Assembly (NCBI GenBank): GCA_951406725.2
Contig: OX597830.1
Location: 45,384,001-45,448,000 of the forward strand
DNA from: Octopus vulgaris
Taxonomy: Eukaryota
Reading direction: 5' to 3'
DNA: 64,000 nt
The number at the start of each line of letters is the position of its first letter. Positions within the stretch are counted from its first letter, which is position 1. Position numbers and translations under genes: made by a program. The notes under the pieces were generated by a model, which did not search any database, was not told where the DNA came from, and worked only from the letters and a program-made list of their open reading frames with translations. Below are positions 41,127 to 54,610 of the stretch, piece by piece.

Positions 41127-41882
41127 AGTAACCGTTAGACAAAATTTACAGTTAGTTGTCTAATACAAAAAAAATGGCCTACATGAAAATGTAATTCATA
41201 CACCCTCCAGCTATTCATACATATTTTTCAATATTTATCTTAACAGAAAATAGCTAGCAAAATTACGACACAACCTGCCACAAATACAGGGTTCGAAATT
41301 CACATAAATATTATAACATAACTTAAGAGATTTTTTTGTACTCACCCAGATGTGACACAGAAATTATTTTAAAACTGACAAGCAAAAAATTTTGGCGAAT
41401 TCCTGGAGCATAAAATAATTCCGTAAATGCCAAACACAAAGCACTAAGTGCATAAACTAAACAAGCAATCATAGCTTCCAGAATCCAATTGAACCTTGTC
41501 TCAGAAAAAAACTTTAACTGCCACAAAAAAAAAAGAAAAACTGGGTGTATAATTATCTCTGCTTATAAAGGTTTGCTAAGGTCTAGCCAATTTGTCTCAC
41601 AGTTCTGGCTAATAACACCTAGCTTCCCCCATTTTGACAATAGATTCATCCTGACCTTACAGTGCAGCATGAAAAATTGTTTACCTTTTTAATTTAACAT
41701 TATAATTTTCGTTCGGAGTTCAAATTCCACCGAGGTGGACTTTGCATTTCATCCTTTCGGGATCGATAAATTAAGTACCAGTTACGTACTGGGTCGATCT
41801 AATCGACTGGCTCCCGCCCCCAAAATTTTGGGCCTTGAGCCTGGAGTAGAAAAAAATTATAATTTCCTAACAATATATATAT

Positions 41883-42484
41883 ATAGTGTAATAAATAAAA
41901 GATATGCATACATACTTACATATATGTACTTACTTACATCTACATGTATATATACATGCATAGATAAATATATATACGTGAGTACAGGACACCACAAATA
42001 GACGCAGAACTCAACGAAAACGAAAACGTGAAAACAAGCATGGAACGGACCTTTTTTTTTTCACAACGAAAAAACAGAGTACAAGACAAACTACACAAGG
42101 AAAAATCCCCTTCATCAGCTGTCCCTAGATCAACTCCAGCGTGTTTCGAAGGTGAGGACAGAACACGACTCGTCGAACCAGCCCTTCCTGCGAAGAAATT
42201 AAAGAAAATTACTTCGCAGAGGGGTAAAAACAAGGAAAGAACAAAATGTGACACAAACAGGACGTAAAAATGATACAAATAAAATTACAAAATAAAATAC
42301 AAAATATAAATACAATTACAAAAAAATACAATACAAGAAATAAAAACAAACAAGAAAACAACCAAAGAGGGCCTTTTTTGCGTAGACGAGGAGAGATTCA
42401 AGGATCGCAAGAAAACCGTGTGTTTACAGTTAGGAGGCCGCATGCAAAAGGAAGTATTTTGGCCGGCTGTGAGAAAGATGAGGA

Positions 42485-42536
<52 letters not shown>

Positions 42537-44676
42537 GAAGACAAACGGCTGTGAGAGAGATGAGGAGGAGTGAGAGAGAGAGAGAGAAAGGGAGAGGAGG
42601 GAAGGTTAAGCAAAGAGGTATAGTGTTTCGCGTCATAATCTCTTATTATAAAAGGCAGATTTTATCTGCCTCCCTTTGGGAGTTATACAAATCTACAATA
42701 TAGGATTTCTTTAATTACAATTTACCTTGCATTTTTAAGAGTACAATGCATTGCGTCATGCCAGGTCCAGTTTTTAAAATTTAAACTCCAATTAAGCAAA
42801 ATTTACAGAAAACTCACATTCTTGTGTGTGTGTCAAATGCTTTTCTTAGTCTGGTTTACACCACACGCAAACGCACACACACAGTGGGCAACGAATAAAA
42901 TGAAAGTAAATAGCGACAGAGTGATTTGAGGAAGCCTAAACTGAAAGTAATTAAACCACTACTCAAAAAATAAAAAAACACAGCAAACAGAAACAAATAA
43001 ATACATAACCATTTAGTCCTCACACAATTTCTTCAATTAGAATTTACCTAAGATTTTTCAAAGTACTCCATTCGCTCATGCCATAATATATTTCTTTCAA
43101 TTTCACCCCCAATTAAGACAAAATTCGAGAAAACTCAATATTTTAACATATCACTCCGAAAGCATTGATGTACATGTGTGCTTGCGAGAGTGTGTGTGTG
43201 TCATTCCTCACACACACGCATACACATACATATACAACTACATACAACTACATACACATACAACTACATACAAACACGTGTGTGTTTGTTATTAGTAAAA
43301 AGGCGCAAAAACACAACTCACTTATCATTCCAACACATTTGCAAAGACACACGGAGGACAGAAAAGGTAAATTGGTTTTTATTTTACTCTGTATATATTT
43401 TATTATATAATATTATATATAGATATATGTATACATAATTGCAGTATGAAACAGTGTTTATGTATAAACAGACGACACTTATATATAGTTACCAAGCCGC
43501 CCGAATTTACCTATTCATATTTAAATGAGAATATCAGAGCAAATCTCTTTAGTACATTCGTGAAAACACGTATTATACTTCGTAAACACTTCAACTACAG
43601 TTTTGTACAAAAATCGAAGTGTAATTTTAATTCCGTGAATTATGGGAGATTTTTTTTCCGAAATTTGTTCCTATTGTGTTTTCAAAATTTGTAATTCTGA
43701 CAAAAAATGGATACGAATTTCATTATATCAAGCAGCGAGTCAGAATTCGAAGGATTTTCTACTGAAGACCTTCATAAATCTAACTCTATGACTGAAAAAA
43801 AAAGCATCTTTATATAAGAGTGAAGTTGTGTGTCTGTCTCCTACGATTTCGATTCCTAACTACTCCCACATTTTGCGGTGCAGTTTAACCAAAAGCGGGT
43901 ATCTTATAGTCGTGATTCATATCGAGCCCTTCTGGGTATTAGCGTGCGTCTACGATGAGTCTACGATTTAAAAAAAATTTACCATCATATTTTTCCATTT
44001 TAATGCATTTTTTTCGCTTTTATATAAGGGAAGTAACTCTCTAAAAATATCTACGATGTGTCAACGATTTAAAAAATATTTACCTTAATTTTTTTTCAAT
44101 TTTTAATGCATTTTTTGGCTATAACTCTCTAAAAATGCTTATATAGTTATTTCCCTTACAACCCGAGCAACGCCGGGCGATACTGCTAGTTATATATAAA
44201 AACTGTACTGGGAGAAGAAGAAACGAATCGAATCGACGCGAGGGCGCTCAGTCATACAATAGTGTAATAAATAAAATATATGCATACATACATACATATA
44301 TGTACGTACCTACATCTACATGTATATATACATGCATATATAAATATATATACGTGAGTACAGGACACCACAAATAGACGCAGAACTCAACGAGAACGAA
44401 AACGTGAAAACAAGCATGGAACGGACCTTTTTTTTTACAACGAAAAACAGAGTACAAGACAAACTACACAAGGAAAAATCCCCTTCATCAGCTGTCCCTA
44501 GTTCAACTCCAGCGTGTTTCGAAGGTGAGGACAGAACACGACTCGTCGAACTAGCCCTTCCTGCGAAGAAATTAAAGAAAATTACTTCACAGAGGGGTAA
44601 AAACAAGGAAAGAACAAAATGTGACACAAACAGGACGTAAAAATGATACAAATAAAATTACAAAATAAAATACAAA
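41883..44676 (-). mobile_element. Retrozyme-like element copy 2 (~820-nt unit, ~420-bp direct repeats), split by a Helitron
   Basis: 41883-~42300 is nearly identical to 44259-44676. The sequence on both sides of the Helitron is collinear with the reverse complement of 14100-14200. Confidence 0.75.
42639..44189 (+). mobile_element. Non-autonomous composite Helitron
   Basis: 5' end TCTCTTATTATAAAA. 3' hairpin cccgagcaacgccggg followed by ...CTAG. Inserted at A|T with no TSD. A second 5'-like end TCTTTATATAAGAG occurs at 43807. Confidence 0.85.
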
Positions 44677-44752
44677 CTGACCAGACCATCAGAGGTTGTT
44701 ACATTGTTTTTTAGCCTTCGAATGACGCCACCCCGCTGGCTAAGCGAGCAGG

Positions 44753-44802
<50 letters not shown>

Positions 44803-44852
44803 TACGCACACACATATATATATACACTCGCGCGCGCATAAACCCATATACA

Positions 44853-44916
<64 letters not shown>

Positions 44917-45164
44917 CACAGTCTCTCTTTTTTTGTCAGAGAACATCAACTCTATACATTTAAATAATTCTTTCTAATTCTAAGCACAAGAGCAGAGGGA
45001 AATCGATTACGTCGGCCCCTAATACAAAACTGGTAGATATTTTATCGACTTCGAAATGATGAAACCCATTTCTACATCGGTGGCCTTTGAACCTAGAACG
45101 TAAAAAGTCAGAATTAATTCCGATACCGACTCGACCAATTCACTGTCTTTAAACATTTGAACAA

Positions 45165-45375
45165 TGGTTTAAGATTTTGGCACAAGGCCAACAATTTTCT
45201 GGGTGGGGCGGGAAAATCAATTACATCGACCCCAGTTCTCAACTAGTATTTATTTTATCGATCCCGAAAGGATAAAAGGCACAGTCGACCTCAGCGGAAA
45301 TTTGAACTCAGAACATAAAGAGCCGAACGAAATTCCACTATGCACTTTGTCCGGTGTGCTAACATTTCTGCCAGA
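45165..45375 (-). mobile_element. SINE family A (further diverged copies at ~20-90, 2425-2540, 20005-20110, 25445-25640, 34310-34450, 41710-41860, 44975-45130, 58075-58270)
   Basis: Recurrent core tttatcgatcccgaaaggat(g)aaaggcaaagtcgacctc. Confidence 0.75.
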
Positions 45376-46179
45376 TAATTTACAAAGGTGGAGTACATTC
45401 CAGCATACAGTAAAAGATTATTCTGTTTTTATATAATTACAAACAACATCCGGCATGTTTCGCTCCCCGACGAAGTGCAATCTTTGGATAACTTGTTGAG
45501 TGTGAGTGAGTAAATCGTCTGAGCCTGCGTTATACTGAATGACAATGGAAGGAGGAAATTCTAACATTTAGAAAGCGGTCATACACCGGGCCAATACTTC
45601 AAAATGTTCCTTCTCCTTGCAGCGCACAAGCTAATTCCATTTTGAAAATTTATGATGATTTGTTGTAGAAAATATCAATTCCACAGAACCGAATTTCGCT
45701 GACATAGATTATTATTAGTTTTCTAAGTAGTTTATAGATGTTTTCCTTGATTTTTCTGTGTTATTATCAACTAAATATATACCTCTACGAAAAATATATT
45801 TCAAAACGTAACCTTGCTATAAATGAATCGCTTCTGTAATTCCATTGCCTCTCTTCTGTTAAAGAACGGCACAGCCTCCCTTCCGGGCAGACAGGAATAA
45901 ATGACTTGGTTTCCCTTTTTGTAATTTTCGATTTTTCATTTCAAAAGGATATTTGCAGTAAGAACAAAACAAAATTAGGGCATCCATCTAGCAATAAAAA
46001 AAAAGAAACTCACAGACTTGGCTCCTACATTACTCAACCTCCCACACACGGTATCCCAAACAAATTGATATCATTTTAAATGGAATATCTGAGGAACTTC
46101 ATGTCCTGGGCAAACGAAATCAAATAGGCTTCATGTTGAACAATAAAAGAATTATTAATCAAAATTGGAACACGAGGTT

Positions 46180-46490
46180 CAGACGGATGTAGATTTTATA
46201 ACCGATTTCACAAATGTTCCTTATACGCACCGCCTGTGACACGACACAGGTCATGTCGGTAGTCCAGCTCCTGCCAAACACACTGTAGCATATCTTGCGT
46301 ATTATTTTCCAGCATCTCAGTGATTCTCCGTTTAAGTTCCTCTAGGTTTGTAGGAAAAGTGGGGACATAGACCAATCCGTAGCCCATAGAAAAGAATCAC
46401 AAGGTGTCAAGTCGGGCGAACGTGGTGGTCATTTCAACAGCACATTGTCATTAACACCGGCTTGCCCGATCCACACTTAGTTTTCATACA
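46180..46490 (-). mobile_element. Tc1/mariner transposase C-terminal remnant
   Basis: Minus strand encodes *PPRSPDLTPCDSFLWGY...VWQELDYRHDLCRVTGG. Confidence 0.7.
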
Positions 46491-46589
46491 TTTTGTTAAA
46501 ATTTGAGATCATTTGAGCAAGATTTAGCTATGTCATTAGACTACGAAATGATGTCAATTTTGGAGTTGGGGGGCACTCTGTATCCCGAA

Positions 46590-46830
46590 AAATTACAGTG
46601 CTTTATGCGAAGGTAATTTTTTTAAGCAAAGAAAATGTAAACCAGTTTTCTTTCCGACACATGGATAAGAAGAAAACCACAAAGTTAGCTGGACATATGA
46701 GGGACCTGAAACCTGCTGCTCACCGCACATCAGGTGGAGTATCGTGGAGCGATCCACGCCATATTTCAATGGATCAAAAAGATGCAGGCTTTGTGCAACA
46801 GAAAGAACTCATATTCCATTTAGATCTCTA
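46590..46830 (+). mobile_element. Penelope-like GIY-YIG C-terminal remnant
   Basis: Encodes FSFRHMDKKKTTKLAGHMRDLK and, in another frame, IRWSIVERSTPYFNGSKRCRLC. Confidence 0.65.
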
Positions 46831-47576
46831 AGTTCTTGGTTTTGATTGTTTAAGCAGCAGTAGCCGAGGAAGAAGAAGAAGAAGAAGAAGAAGAATACGG
46901 GTATGGAATCCTCTTAAATAGTCAAGTGACCTAAAAGTGATCTGTTGTTGTTGTAATAGTAGTGATTGGAATTGTTCTGAATAAATTCATGGGTAGTGAC
47001 TGTTCTGAATATATCGTTTTTAATATTTGCGTGGATATTATTCTAAGGCCTTTGTAATAGTGTCATTTGTGGTGGACGCATTCAAAAGAGGTTTGTTTAT
47101 ATTTTGCGATAAAATATGAATCTTTGCTAATGCGCTGATTATAAGTTGCATCGTCCCTGAATTTTTAGAAGGAAAAAATTCTGAAGTTTGGTTGTTCGTT
47201 AGTGACGCAAATGTTGATGTGTTGCTGAATGCTATTTTTCTGCATTCCCGAATTTTGATCTGGGTGTGAAACTCAATTGCAGAGGGAGCCAAAACTCAAA
47301 GCACACTTTAGGTCGCGGGCCGAACAGGATGAACATTTATTGAACAGACTAAAACATTTTGAACATGAACATGTATTGAAACAGATGCTATGTAATTTTA
47401 ATCCAAAAATAAATTAACTTAAATTACTTAAAATATTTTGCTCTGCATAAAAATATCTCCCGTCAGAATTATAAAAATTTAAAATAAGAATATGTTACAA
47501 AAAGAAAAGAAAATATAAATATAAAATGTGCTTTTTAGGGAAAATTGAAATAATAAATCAAAACTTTCAATTTTCT

Positions 47577-49743
47577 TTATGTAATTTTGTCCGAGCTGCA
47601 TACTTGGCATCTTTTCTTGGCAACGAGTTCATTGATGTTTGGGGAAAGGTTCTGTGTTGTTGAGACTCCCAGGAAGGATTGCAGGTGTTCAGACGACTCC
47701 TCTGTGCCATTTTATCCATCTTCATCGCAGAGAACAGCTGCTCGCGCAGATATGTGCTTCCAAACAAAGACAGCATTCGCTTTGCATGCAAACGGAGCTG
47801 GGGCATTGCTTCAGGTATGAAGCGAGTGAACTGTGTGGGCTCCACAGAGTCGTACTTTGCTTTTAATGTCCCATTGGAGGCGCAATGGCCCAGTGGTTAG
47901 GGCAGCGGACTCGCGGTCATAGGATCGCGGTTTCGATTCCCAGACCGGGCGTTGTGAGTGTTTATTGAGCGAAAGCACCTAAAGCTCCACGAGGCTCCGG
48001 CAGGGGATGGTGGTGATCCCTGCTGTACTCTTTCACCACAACTTTCTCTCACTCTTACTTCCTGTTTCTGTTGTACCTGTATTTCAAAGGGCCGGCCTTG
48101 TCACTCTCTGTGTCACGCTGAATATCCCCGAGAACTACGTTAAGGGTACACGTGTCTGTGGAGTGCTCAGCCACTTACACGTTAATTTCACGAGCAGGCT
48201 GTTCCGTTGATTCGGATCAACCGGAACCCTCGTCGTCGTAACCGACGGAGTGCTTCCATCCATCCATTAATGTCCCATTACACAGCAGTTCTACCAGCTC
48301 CATTTGAACCTGTACAGGCGCAGTTTCCACATTGACGACAAATGGGTTGCGAAGCAGCTCGAAATTATTTTGACGTCTTGCGAACTCAGTGCGGAACGAA
48401 CTCAGTTTATCAGCAAAGTGTTGCTTTGGGAACACCGTGGCGCTGATTTGGCTCAACATTACTTGGCAACTGGGAAAGTGAGACAATTCAATTGGTGCAT
48501 TTGTGTCTTCCATAAGCGTAGCTTCACTTGAAATGCCTTCACTGTGTCATACATATCACAGATCATGTGATCCCGTCCCTGGAGCTGGATGTTTAAAACA
48601 TTGAGATGCACAGTTATGTCAACCAGAAACGCCAACTCGCATTTCCACTTTTCCTCCCGCAGAACTTTAGATTCTTTTCCTTTACTGTCCATGAACTGAT
48701 ATATCTCCTCAACCAGCTTCAAAGCTATATTGAGGACCTTTCCCCGACTGAGCCACCGCACCTCCGTATGATAAGGCACGACACCGAACTCTGAATGTAT
48801 TTCCCACAGGAAAGACTGAAATTGGCGGTGATTTAACCCTTTGGCTTGGATAAAGTTTATGGTCTGCGTTACATATTCAATTCTTAAGGCTTTAGCGCAA
48901 CAGCGTTTCCTAATGTATAATGCAGTAATATGTTGTCAACTCACCAGTGCAGTTCTCTTCTTGCATCTTTAAACATATCCTACCCACCAGTCCACTTTTT
49001 TCACCACACATCGTTGGTGCTCCATCTGTTGTAAGTCCAGCAAGTTTGTCCCCAAGCAGTTTCATGTTGGTTACACTCTGACGTATTTTTTCAAAAAGGT
49101 CCTTTCTTGTTGTCCCGTACATCGATTTAATGTCCAAATTTCCTCCATGACGAACAAATTGGAGTCCATTCCACAGATGAAGATAACCAGTTGTGCCGTA
49201 TCGGTCGCGTCAGTAGTCTCATCCACAGCAAGAGAGTATGCAACAAAATCTTTTCCTTTTTCAATCAGCTGTGTTTTTAAATCAATGGCCATCTCACACA
49301 CCCGATCAGCAACCATATTTCTGCCAATACTCACATTAGCAAACAGTTGCTTCTTGTCTGGACACAAAACGTCACACATTTTCATCAAACTCTCCTTCAG
49401 AAAATGGCCGGGCTTATTTTGCGATCTCCTCTGCCACAGTAAAACTTGCTTTAACAGCAGCTTCACTTTGTGATTTTGCTTTGGTTAAAAAAACTCTGTT
49501 GTAATGTGAGATTCCTCTTCAACTCGTTCTACCTTTCGTTGCTTCTGCTCAGCATTGAGATATTTGTACCTGTCCTGATGTATTGTCTCGTAGTGGCATT
49601 TGAAATTATACTCTTTAAGTACAGTAACATTAGCACCACAATTAAGACACACGGGTTTGCCATTAATGTCAGTAAACATGTACTCGGTTTCCCACCGGAT
49701 TTGAAAGGCTCTGTTTTTCAGCATCGATTTTTCTCTTGGCCAT
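47577..49743 (-). pseudogene. hAT transposase pseudogene (GTF2IRD2-like), multiple frameshifts and a SINE insertion
   Basis: MAKRKIDAE..., KPVCLNC...KCHYETIH (BED finger), SLAVDETTD, LTTDGAP, CIIH, YHTEVRWLSRG and FGSTYLREQLFSAMK. Confidence 0.92.
47876..48266 (+). mobile_element. SINE family C (tRNA-Arg-like head), full length, 13-bp TSD
   Basis: Head ggaggcgcaatggcccagtggttagggcagcggacTCGcggtcataggatcgcggtttcgattccc and (CCAT)n tail. TSD ttaatgtcccatt at 47863-47875 and 48267-48279. It splits the transposase within CNGTL|KAKYD. Confidence 0.92.
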
Positions 49744-51559
49744 AGATATAGATAGCTACTACAACTGAATGACATCGCGTGAAAATGGTCGAGTGGTAAT
49801 GTGGCTGTTGCGGTGCACTATGGGATAAGTAGATTTTGCATCATCAGCATTTCACAATACGCGATTAGAGAATCGAAGGAGGCATTTCCCAGCATGCTTT
49901 GTTGCAGTTACAATTAAGATTTGTGACTGTGTTATCTTGCCTCTTTAATGTTTTTTTTTTTTTGGTACAGACAGGGAGTAATGGTTACAGTGATGTTGTT
50001 TCTAGTCGTGTATTAAATCATTGCTACTTTTGGTGACACCCTTAGTAAGAAAGGTAGTGCATTTGCTTTAGCCACACACTGTGTATGTGTAGTTGTAACA
50101 AGAAGGTTTGGGTGTTGCTGAGGGCAGCAAAGTACACTATTTGCTGATGCCGCTATTTGGACCAATTTCATGCTGATATCAAAATAGTCCCGCGGACCGG
50201 ATTAAATTGCTGCACGGACTGGAAGTGGCCCGCGAGCCGGGAGTTTGACATGTCTGCTCTAAATAGTCGAATAACACCGCTCATCTGTGATCGCACTTCA
50301 TTTACCTACCTACAGAGATGAGTTTTATTGAAAGTTAATCCCTGTGTTTGTTGCCTTAATTTTGCTATGTTAAGATAAAGTTCAAAAGAATATTAAACAA
50401 GAATCAAAACGAATGAGAATAAACTAATTGCTGTTGTATTTTGGCAATGGTGAACAACTCTTTTTTTTTCTTTCGGACGAATGTGTGCTCATAACATCCT
50501 TTATTCATTTGCGTAAGGAGACTTTGTAACTTCAAGTGTTTCAACATCGTTGTGTCTTCTCAACTCGGTTTAATGTTAAAGTTCAGTTGTCGTAATTAGA
50601 GTAAGTAAATGTATAGAAATGGATGTAACCGCACGCCTATTTGTAATAGTCCTATGTATTGTAGCTAACTTCCAACCCCTCCTTCCGACTCGCCCACCAT
50701 TCTTTAATCTGTCACCTTAACCTTAACTCTGTTGTTTATGTAAAGTACAGATACGTTTCCAACCAACTTAACAACAATTCTCCTCCGTTCACATCGCCGA
50801 AATTATTGATTTCTCTTTATTTCTGTATTCATGACTCGGGGATAATCTCATTCTCATTCTTCCTCTGTAAGCACTTTTCTTCTCTCTAGCTTGATATTAT
50901 AAACCACGTTATCAGCAACATGGCAAGACTTGGCTCCTGAATTACTTCATCTAAAAAGTTACACATAAGAGACAAGGACAATACTCTGCGAAAATGCTTC
51001 GAACCATATCCCACAGGGGAAACGTGGATTTCAAAGACCGCAGTGAAAATAGCTCGTGTAGCAATACAGTAACTCTCCATAAAATCTGATACGATATGGA
51101 AGGGTTTCCCTAGTCTCGTCTGTCAACCTCTTTACGCCAGTGACGCGATTAAATACCTACAGTCCAAAAGTATTTGACGATAGGAAGGGTATCAAACTGT
51201 CAAACAAAAGTGCTGAAATCCATAACCTGAACAAAATCAATGAAAATCTACCGACCAGACTAACACTGGACGTTCTAATGCAATACACGGTAGTAGGGTA
51301 GCCAGGCCTGGGCACACCCGGATGTAGACGAACCAGCAACAGCATGCGCGCGCACACACACACACACACTAGTAAAATTCCTACTCTTCATTCCAGTCGC
51401 AGAACTTTAAGACTCATCATTAAGGTTGGTCTAGAGAGAGATTGTGAAAACACAAAAGAGGAAGTGATTAGATGCTGTGTAGAAGAAATGGAAAGGAAAC
51501 TCGTCCGGACTTCTGACAGATGCACAAGCAGGAATGAATTGTTTTGAGGAACAGCTTTG

Positions 51560-53300
51560 AAGCAGGTGGAAGCGGAACAGTGTTGGAAGGGGAAATGGAT
51601 CGAGTAACTAAAGTATTCAGAAGATGTGATGGAATTGTTAAGTTGATATTAATCACAGGCAAGACGACATTAACCATGGTCGATGTCTATTCTACATAAT
51701 TAGGACTGCCTTATGAGCAAAAAGAAAGCTTTGTTGATGTTGTTTAATGTTTAGGAATCTCTTTTGCAGACTAATTCGAATACAGAAGACAACGACCTCG
51801 TTCTCATGGCTGGTGATTGTTAGAAGACATGTTAGAACACACCAGAATGGTTATTTTTATGTACAAGACCATGGAATAAACAATAAAAAGGGATCGGCTT
51901 CTTTCTGTTGCATGTGTCCATGTTACGCTTTACAGCCTTTATAGAATTTACAGAACACTGAGCATCACTCATGATGTCAGTATTTTGATACCCGGCACGA
52001 TTCTTCATGATACAGGTAACTCTATCCAATATTCAGATGGCTCCCAGTCCTCCATATCAGCTTTTTCTCAACTACAACTTTAACCTTTATGTCCTCCAAC
52101 GCTGTGGACTGTTCCTCATTACATCAAGCTGTCCTGAAAAAGGAGGCATTAAAAAAAATAAAATTTAGCCAGAACACCCTGTAAACTAGTGCTTAGTGGT
52201 CCCAGATTAAGAGCTAGATAGTTTCAGAGATAGAAAACAATCTGGAGAAGGAAGTTATAAAAGCTAAACGATTCTTCTATCGTGTGTAACGTCCAAAAGT
52301 ACGGTGACATACGGGAGAGTTGGGAGAGCCCTTGAATCAAACTATAGACCAGTGAATAGAGCAAATTCCCAGCCAGGCAGATATGGTGATGGAAGAGTGC
52401 AGTAGAAAGAGCCATAAAACATTACGAGGCAGACCTGAAAATAATAGAGGGTTGGGCGAGTAAGGAACGTCACCAGGTAGCTCGAAGAGAAATCAGAAAT
52501 TAGATCTATCTAGCAAGAACAGAAGCCTTGTAAGAAGTTCTTCATGTTCTATGCATAGAGGCAGTGTTCCAAATTGCAAAGCAATGCGTTAGTTAAATCC
52601 TGATGTTAGCGAAAAGAATTGTGGCCGTGCGTCTGCTCTTACTGGAGCTAAAAATTAAAATCTGACTGAAACACTGCAGTGAACGATTGCTTTACTAGAA
52701 AAATGGGACGAGAAAAGAGGAATTGCTCCAACTGGATTCACGTGAGGAACCTGCTTTTCTGATTCATTAATAGACAACGAAGAGTGTGGCATCAAGTAGG
52801 TAACGGCAGAGTAAATAGCAGATTCGCCAGAGATAACCGCTGCCATGTTGAAAATATCCAGTGAAGTAGGACTCTTCGAGTCAGTTGAGTAATCCAGGGA
52901 AGTGTTATACCGAATGACTGGTGTAGGTCAGCATCATAAAATGCTTCAAGAGCAAAGGAATGGTGTGACTAAAGAAGAATTGGATGAAAGTCATTTATGA
53001 GAGTAGTAAAGATTTTTTTAGCGACTTTATCGGGGAGAGAACAAGCTTAGATGCCATACAGTTAGGTTTGTGCCAAGATGTAGAACAAGAACACCCTACT
53101 GTACTTAGCCATGAAGCCTGATGATCTCAAAGTTGAAAGACATATGAGAGTTGTGCAAGACACATGTAGTCTACACAATGAGAGTTAGCAATGGGCTCTG
53201 TGAGAAATTAGTAAGAACAGATAGCCATCGAGATTCAGTCCTCGACAATCTTTTGCTTTTTTATTGTTTTCCTGACCATTCTAGAGGGTTTCATGCCTGG
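51560..53300 (+). mobile_element. Highly degenerate RTE-like LINE (endonuclease to RT)
   Basis: Scattered remnants including KLILITGKTTLTMVDVYS, the tagatgccatacagttaggtttgtgcca region and a GFMPG-like motif. Confidence 0.45.
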
Positions 53301-53948
53301 TGTAGGCATTTGATGAGTTAAAAGGATAGAATCGGAATGGAATGTGTGAAATGGTGAAAGTGTAAAGTTGCGAAAAAGAAAGACAAAAGAGGTAAAGTCT
53401 GATGTCAGGACGAAGAACCACGGCAAGAGTAAAAACAAACTTATTCAACAATACCATCATGAAAAAATTACTTAAAAATGAAGGGGAGGAGGAGGTATAT
53501 ATATATATACATATATATAAGTAGTTGAATGAATTATCCTAGTATGGATAATTCGGTTAACCGATACCTGGGTAGCACAATCAAACACACAGACACAAAC
53601 CTGTCACTTCACCACTAGTTGTATTTGGCATCTATCCCCCCACACACACACACGTAGACACGAATGCAGTTATATACATACACACACATAGGCACTCAAT
53701 CTCATTAGCATAAGCAAACAACAACACATCACCATACATACGACTTGCACCCTGTCACCTTCCTATTCTTAGAACTCTCCCTTTCCAACCTTTTTTGAAC
53801 TCTTGAACTTTCTAGAATCTTCTCCATTCAACCAATTTTGACGTCACTGCTTATAACGGAATATTTTAAAGAAACACTCATTATCACTATGGACTCCGTG
53901 TGGGCAGTCATCTAAAAGAAATTTTGTTCGTCATGATGCTGATATAAG

Positions 53949-54047
53949 TTCCTTGTCTTTCCTGATGAGAAGGCGGCATAATGCACCCCTTATTCCTTCG
54001 GAATTAGGAATATGCAGTCTTCGAAACATATGTTGAGAATAAAGGAA
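53949..54047 (+). ncRNA. Type I hammerhead ribozyme candidate at the end of a solo Penelope pLTR-like segment (~53530-54085)
   Basis: Stem I ttccttgtctttc/gagaataaaggaa; CTGATGA at 53962-53968; stem II gaaggcggcata/tatgcagtcttc; GAAA at 54023-54026; palindromic stem III acatatgt; GUU site. Confidence 0.65.
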
Positions 54048-54179
54048 TTTTGTTAAATCGTCGTTCGACTCCATTCTTTCATTTATATATATATATATAT
54101 ATATATATTGTGGGCTTGTAAGAGTAAATTTGATACACATTAGAACGTAGATTGCCAACGAAAGGTTTATCGTTTAGAT

Positions 54180-54610
54180 TATACTGAGTATCCCGTAGTT
54201 GCCGGGCAATTTCACAATAGAATGCTTTGACGGACTTTCGGAATAAAACACCCACCTAAGTTGGATTTCTTGTTTTGACGGAAATTTTTCAAACTGTTTC
54301 CACCACGCCCTTGCAAATGATGGGATTGGAAAGCTTTTTATGGAAAGAAATTTTTGAAAGTTTATGAACTCCACTCTCTTCCCTCTTCCCCACTTCGGGA
54401 CCGATTTTGTCCACTTTTTTTATTTTTGCCCTACACACTTAAAAACAATGAGACGACCTTTTAGGTGAAAAAAAAAAAATTGAAATTTATGATTGTTTTT
54501 AAACCCCTCCCTCACTCACTACCGATTTTGCTAGGCTTTTTTGTTTGTTTTTGCCCTACACACTTAAAAATGATGGGAGAAGCCTAAAAGGTTAAAAAAA
54601 AAAAAAGGAA
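54180..54610 (-). mobile_element. Helitron-like 3' remnant with internal tandem duplication
   Basis: Minus-strand hairpin cccggcaactacggg near the end. The block ccgattttg...tttttgccctacacacttaaaaa is duplicated. Confidence 0.35.

Larger units (their letters stand above)
47259..50256 (-). mobile_element. hAT DNA transposon (GTF2IRD2/SPIN/Charlie-like), near full length
   Basis: TIR-like ends tctgggtgtgaaactc and gagtttgacatgtctg, with subterminal gcgggcc motifs. It encloses the transposase pseudogene. No clean TSD. Confidence 0.8.

Noticed and set aside
42028-42267. Duplicated 78-79 aa ORF (also 44404-44640) as a gene pair
   Set aside because: It lies within the direct repeats of a non-coding element and has no recognisable domain.
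47876-47950. tRNA-Arg gene
   Set aside because: It is the head of a TSD-flanked SINE, and the acceptor stem is not intact.
47577-49743. Domesticated GTF2IRD2-like host gene
   Set aside because: It has multiple frameshifts and stops, a SINE insertion and retained TIR-like ends.
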